Shown: piece by piece, positions 57,792 to 61,708 of the stretch
How the letters are laid out: each line of letters starts with the position of its first letter
Numbering within the stretch: the stretch's first letter is position 1
From: Candidatus Omnitrophota bacterium
GTDB lineage: Bacteria > Omnitrophota > Gorgyraeia > Gygaellales > Profunditerraquicolaceae
DNA length: 61,708 nt
Direction: 5' to 3'
Assembly: GCA_042570405.1 (NCBI GenBank)
Contig: JBHPGR010000006.1
Span: 1-61,708, forward strand
Notes under the pieces: generated by a model
The model's database searches: none
What the model saw: only the letters and a program-made list of their open reading frames with translations
Told to the model about the DNA's origin: nothing
Made by a program: the position numbers and the translations under genes

Positions 57792-59090
57792 ATGAAGAAG
57801 ATCAACGTAGGTTTAATCGGACTGGGAAATGTCGGCAGGGGCGTAGTAAAGATCCTTGCCGATAAAAGACGGCTCTTGACGGACAAGATCGGTATGGAGA
57901 TCAATATCAAGAAGATCTGCGATAAGGATCTCTCCGCAAGAAGAGGTTTGCCTGCAGGTAAGTGCGTTTTTGTGAAGAACCCAACCCAGGTATTAAATGA
58001 CCCGCAGATCGACATCGTCGTGGAGCTGATCGGGGGAATACATCCGGCAAAGGAATATATCGGGCTTGCCCTTAAAAATGGTAAGAGTGTCGTCACCGCG
58101 AATAAAGCACTGCTTTCCCGGGAAGGTAAAGAACTCTTTAAGCTGGCAGAGGAGCGCGGCAAGAACATCTATTTTGAATCCTCGGTGGGAGCAGGTATCC
58201 CGATCATAAAATCCCTGCGTGAAGGGCTGGTGGCAAACAGGTTTAATTCGATCTTTGGCATTGTAAACGGCACTTCTAATTTTATGCTTTCGCAGATGTC
58301 AAACAGGAACTGTGCCTTCAGGGAAGCGCTAAAAGAAGCCAGGCATAGGGGTTTTGCAGAGAAGAATGCTGCCCTGGATATCGAAGGCATTGATTCTGCG
58401 CATAAACTGATCCTTTTGACTTTTTTGAGTTTTGGAAGGCTGGTGGATCTAAGCGATGTGTACGTTGAGGGGATCTCAAGGATATCCCTGGATGATATCA
58501 ATTACGCTAAAGAGCTTGGGTTTGAGATCAAGCTCCTGGCTATAGCCAAAAAGGAGGAAGGAGAGCTGGAGGTAAGGGTGCACCCTACCTTTCTCCCTAA
58601 AGAACACCTCCTGTCTTCCGTCAGCGGAGTAAACAACGCGATCTATGTCTCCTGCGACCTTGCCGGAGACCTGCTCTTTTACGGGCCGGGAGCCGGACAG
58701 AGATCAGCAGCTTCGGCGGTTGTGGCAGACCTGGTGGATCTGACCCAGGATATCAAGGCAGGCCTGTTCAGGCCTACCCTAAGGAGTGTTGCAGACGGGT
58801 CTATAAAGAGATTGCGCAAGATCGATCAGGTGGAGAGCAAATACTATATCCGCTTTATGGCCGCAGATAAACCCGGGGTGCTGGCAAAGATTGCCGGAGT
58901 CCTGGCTAAGTTTAAGATCAGTATCGCCTCAGTGACCCAGAAACAGAAGAAGGGAAGAAGCAGGATAGTACCGATAGTCATGGTGATCCACGAAGCCAGG
59001 GAGAAGAGCCTGCACAAGGCCCTGGAGATAATCGGATGCTTAGGGGTGATAAAGGAAAAACCGGTAGCGATCAGGATGGAGGAGGTGTGA
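57792..59090 (+). CDS. hom: Homoserine dehydrogenase with ACT domain
   Basis: GLGNVG, VVTANK, GAGIP, NGTSN, GPGAG, DKPGVLAKI. Confidence 0.96.
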   Translation: MKKINVGLIGLGNVGRGVVKILADKRRLLTDKIGMEINIKKICDKDLSARRGLPAGKCVFVKNPTQVLNDPQIDIVVELIGGIHPAKEYIGLALKNGKSVVTANKALLSREGKELFKLAEERGKNIYFESSVGAGIPIIKSLREGLVANRFNSIFGIVNGTSNFMLSQMSNRNCAFREALKEARHRGFAEKNAALDIEGIDSAHKLILLTFLSFGRLVDLSDVYVEGISRISLDDINYAKELGFEIKLLAIAKKEEGELEVRVHPTFLPKEHLLSSVSGVNNAIYVSCDLAGDLLFYGPGAGQRSAASAVVADLVDLTQDIKAGLFRPTLRSVADGSIKRLRKIDQVESKYYIRFMAADKPGVLAKIAGVLAKFKISIASVTQKQKKGRSRIVPIVMVIHEAREKSLHKALEIIGCLGVIKEKPVAIRMEEV

Positions 59091-60196
59091 GCAAGAGAAC
59101 AGAGAACAGAGAACAGAGAACAGGGTATAAGGGTGTAATTGAAAAATATAAAAAATACCTTCCTATAACTGAAAATACCCCCATAATTACTTTAAAAGAA
59201 GGGAATACCCCTCTTCTCTATGCGGCGCATCTAAGTAAGGCCGTGGGTAAGAACTTCCGGGTCTTTCTTAAGTACGAGGGATTAAACCCCACAGGTTCAT
59301 TTAAGGACAGAGGGATGACTCTGGCTATCTCTAAGGCCTGCGAAGAGAAGGCAAAGGCCGTGATCTGTGCCTCTACAGGCAACACCTCAGCCTCAGCAGC
59401 CGCCTATGCGGCCAAGGCAGGGATGAAATGCGTGGTCTTGATCCCGCGCGGGGCGATCGCGCTGGGAAAACTAAGCCAGGCGCTTATCCATGGCGCCCTT
59501 GTCCTGGCAATAGACGGAAACTTCGATGATGCTTTATCTTTAGTCCGCCAGATCGCAGAAGACTATCCATTAGTCCTGGTGAATTCCCTGAACCCTAACC
59601 GCATTGAAGGACAGAAGACCGCCAGTTTTGAGGTCTCGGATGTTCTGGGCCAGGCTCCGGATTTCCAAGTGATGCCGGTTGGAAATGCCGGAAACATTAC
59701 TGCTTATTGGAAGGGGTACAAAGAATACAGGGCGTTAAAAAGAAACGCAAAATTACCCAGGATGCTGGGATTTCAGGCGGCAGGGTCAGCACCTATCGTC
59801 AAGGGTCGAGTGATAAAGAATCCTTCCACTATCGCCACTGCGATCAAAATCGGTAATCCTGCCAGCTGGAAGCAGGCTGAACTCGCCCGGGATGAATCCG
59901 GGGGATTGATCGGAGAAGTCAGCGACAAAGAGATCCTGGCCGCCTATAAGTTACTGGCCGCAAAGGAAGGTATCTTTGTCGAGCCTGCCTCAGCAGCCTC
60001 TGTAGCCGGAATGCTAAAACTTGCGCGCAGGGGTTATTTTAAGCGAAAAAGCGCCGCATCCTCTTCGGCGGTAAAAATCGTGTGCATACTTACCGGTCAC
60101 GGATTGAAGGACCCGGATAGGGCGATAAAGAGCGTTAAAAAACCAAAAGTGCTCAAGGCAAATATCAAAGCGGTATTAAAAGAGATTGGCTATTAG
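59087..60196 (+). CDS. thrC: Threonine synthase
   Basis: Probable GTG start overlapping the hom stop (GTGA); EGNTPL, NPTGSFKDRG, ASTGNTS, PVGNAGN, TGHGLKD. Confidence 0.95.
   Translation: MSKRTENREQRTGYKGVIEKYKKYLPITENTPIITLKEGNTPLLYAAHLSKAVGKNFRVFLKYEGLNPTGSFKDRGMTLAISKACEEKAKAVICASTGNTSASAAAYAAKAGMKCVVLIPRGAIALGKLSQALIHGALVLAIDGNFDDALSLVRQIAEDYPLVLVNSLNPNRIEGQKTASFEVSDVLGQAPDFQVMPVGNAGNITAYWKGYKEYRALKRNAKLPRMLGFQAAGSAPIVKGRVIKNPSTIATAIKIGNPASWKQAELARDESGGLIGEVSDKEILAAYKLLAAKEGIFVEPASAASVAGMLKLARRGYFKRKSAASSSAVKIVCILTGHGLKDPDRAIKSVKKPKVLKANIKAVLKEIGY
59094..59123 (+). repeat. Perfect heptamer repeat (AGAGAAC)x4
   Basis: AGAGAAC AGAGAAC AGAGAAC AGAGAAC AG. Confidence 0.95.
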
Positions 60197-60827
60197 GAAT
60201 AAGCGGATCCTCATAACTGCCGGACCCACATGGGTGGCCATTGACAAGGTCAGGGTGATCAGTAACACCGCTACAGGCGAAACCGGGATCCTGATCGCAG
60301 AGAGGCTGCAGAAGTGCGGGGCTAAAGTCACCCTGATCTTAGGGCCGGTGGATGCGCGCCTGATAAATAGCGGAATAAAGGTCATCCGTTTTAAGTTCTT
60401 TGGAGAATTAAAGCGAATCCTTGAAAATGAATTAAGGTCAAGAAGGTACGATCTACTGATACACTCTGCAGCGGTCTCAGATTACAAGCCAAGATCCAGG
60501 CATAGCGGCAAGATCAGGTCAGGAAAAAGACAGTGGCGGTGCGTATTAGTACCGACCCCTAAGATCATCGACGGGCTTAAAAGAATCGATCGTTCATTGT
60601 TCCTGGTGGGTTTTAAATTTGCTCCTCTTGCCGGAGCTGATCAGCTCTTCAGGGAGGCTAAACGCCTGCGCAAACGGGCTGACCTGGACCTTGTGGTTGC
60701 AAATAGCCGCAGGAAGAACAAGTACTGCGCATATTTGATCGGTCCCGGCAGGGAAACGCTTCGACCGATCAGGAGCAAGTCAGAGCTTGCCGGCAGGTTG
60801 ATTAAACGCTTAAAGGTATTATTATGA
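60186..60827 (+). CDS. coaB: Phosphopantothenate-cysteine ligase domain, not fused to CoaC
   Basis: ILITAGPT...ID.VR.ISN..TG..G, AAVSDY, LVGFK, VVAN. Confidence 0.85.
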   Translation: MAIRNKRILITAGPTWVAIDKVRVISNTATGETGILIAERLQKCGAKVTLILGPVDARLINSGIKVIRFKFFGELKRILENELRSRRYDLLIHSAAVSDYKPRSRHSGKIRSGKRQWRCVLVPTPKIIDGLKRIDRSLFLVGFKFAPLAGADQLFREAKRLRKRADLDLVVANSRRKNKYCAYLIGPGRETLRPIRSKSELAGRLIKRLKVLL

Positions 60828-61708
60828 AGTACATCGTTTTAGTCGGAGATGGTATGGCCGACTACCCATTAAAAGAGCTGGATCAGCGCACCCCGTTGGA
60901 GGTGGCGCGAACCTCAAATATGGATTTTATCGCCCAGCACGGCAGGTTAGGGATGATCCGGACCATACCTGAGAATATGGTCCCTGCCTCGGATGTGGCG
61001 AACATCTCAATACTCGGATACGATCCAAAAGAATATTACACGGGACGTGGCCCCCTTGAAGCGGCTAATCTGGGGATAAATCTTGGCGACGACGATATCG
61101 CTTTCCGCTGCAACCTGATAACTGTCTCGGCCGAAAAAATAGTAGATTACAGCGCAGGGCATATCAGCTCTAAGGAAGCGCAGATCCTGATCAGCTCAAT
61201 TGATAAGGGGCTGGGGACTAACCGGATCAAGTTCTATCCCGGAGTAAGCTACAGGCACCTGATGGTAGTCAAGAGGGGCATGGAGGAACATTATCAGGAT
61301 CTGACCTGTAAGGCTCCTCATAATATTGTGGGACAATCGATCAAAAAGAACTTGCCGAGGAAGAAGATATTGTCAGCTGCTACCCTGAAAAAGCTAACCC
61401 TGGACTCTCGCTTGATCCTGGAGGGGCATGAAATAAACCATGTGCGCATAGATTTAAAAGAGAACCCTGCGAATATGATCTGGTTATGGGGACAGGGGAA
61501 GAGACCAAACATGCCGAAGTTCTTTAAGAAATACGGGCTAAGCGGCAGCGTGATCTCCGCAGTAGATTTGATCAAGGGGTTAGGGAGGATCCTGGGGTTA
61601 GAACCGATAAATGTCCATGGCGCCACCGGCTATTATGATACTGATTATGAGGGAAAGGCGACTGCTGCCCTAAAGTCTCTGGAGAAAGATGATTTTGTGT
61701 TTTTGCAT
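60824..61708 (+). CDS. apgM: Cofactor-independent phosphoglycerate mutase (ApgM family), runs off the window end
   Basis: MKYIVLVGDGMADYP..L..RTPLE, SDVAN..ILGYDP, GRGPLEAA, FRCN, SYRH, GATG. Confidence 0.85.
   Translation, partial: MKYIVLVGDGMADYPLKELDQRTPLEVARTSNMDFIAQHGRLGMIRTIPENMVPASDVANISILGYDPKEYYTGRGPLEAANLGINLGDDDIAFRCNLITVSAEKIVDYSAGHISSKEAQILISSIDKGLGTNRIKFYPGVSYRHLMVVKRGMEEHYQDLTCKAPHNIVGQSIKKNLPRKKILSAATLKKLTLDSRLILEGHEINHVRIDLKENPANMIWLWGQGKRPNMPKFFKKYGLSGSVISAVDLIKGLGRILGLEPINVHGATGYYDTDYEGKATAALKSLEKDDFVFLH

Overview
Gene-dense bacterial chromosomal segment, almost all on the + strand and mostly housekeeping. Gene order: NIF3-like (partial)-dnaG-rpoD; tRNA-Ile2/Val; zinc-ribbon-rnhA-rnpB; yebC-ruvC-ruvA-scpB-pheA-hisC-aroF-tyrA-cmk-lepA-lepB-pgsA-plsY; a predicted outer-membrane protein facing a GH161-type glucan phosphorylase; gatCAB-ctpA-tsaD; a corrinoid Fe-S (Wood-Ljungdahl) module acsC-RACo-cooC-acsD-acsE with no acsA/acsB in the window; a two-partner secretion locus; tilS-ftsH-folP-cdaA-pdxJ-acpS-nnrD; tRNA-Thr/Tyr/Gly; thyA-like, gpsA, tRNA-Pro, PilZ, hom-thrC-coaB-apgM (partial). 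Gene content suggests a diderm anaerobe of the PVC group, possibly Omnitrophota (inference, not checked). No integrase, transposase, cas gene or prophage is visible. The most unusual signal is non-coding. Two tRNA genes are each preceded by tandem copies of tRNA 5' fragments whose remainder is replaced or interrupted by hairpins: five units before tRNA-Ile(CAT), and two tRNA-Gly 5' halves with a 61-nt insert in the anticodon. These hairpins, and others beside tRNA-Met and between two HTH genes, have unrelated stems but share a 16-17-nt loop with an ATYAATA core, pointing to a dispersed, largely tRNA-associated hairpin element family. All family assignments come from motif recognition by eye; no searches were run.
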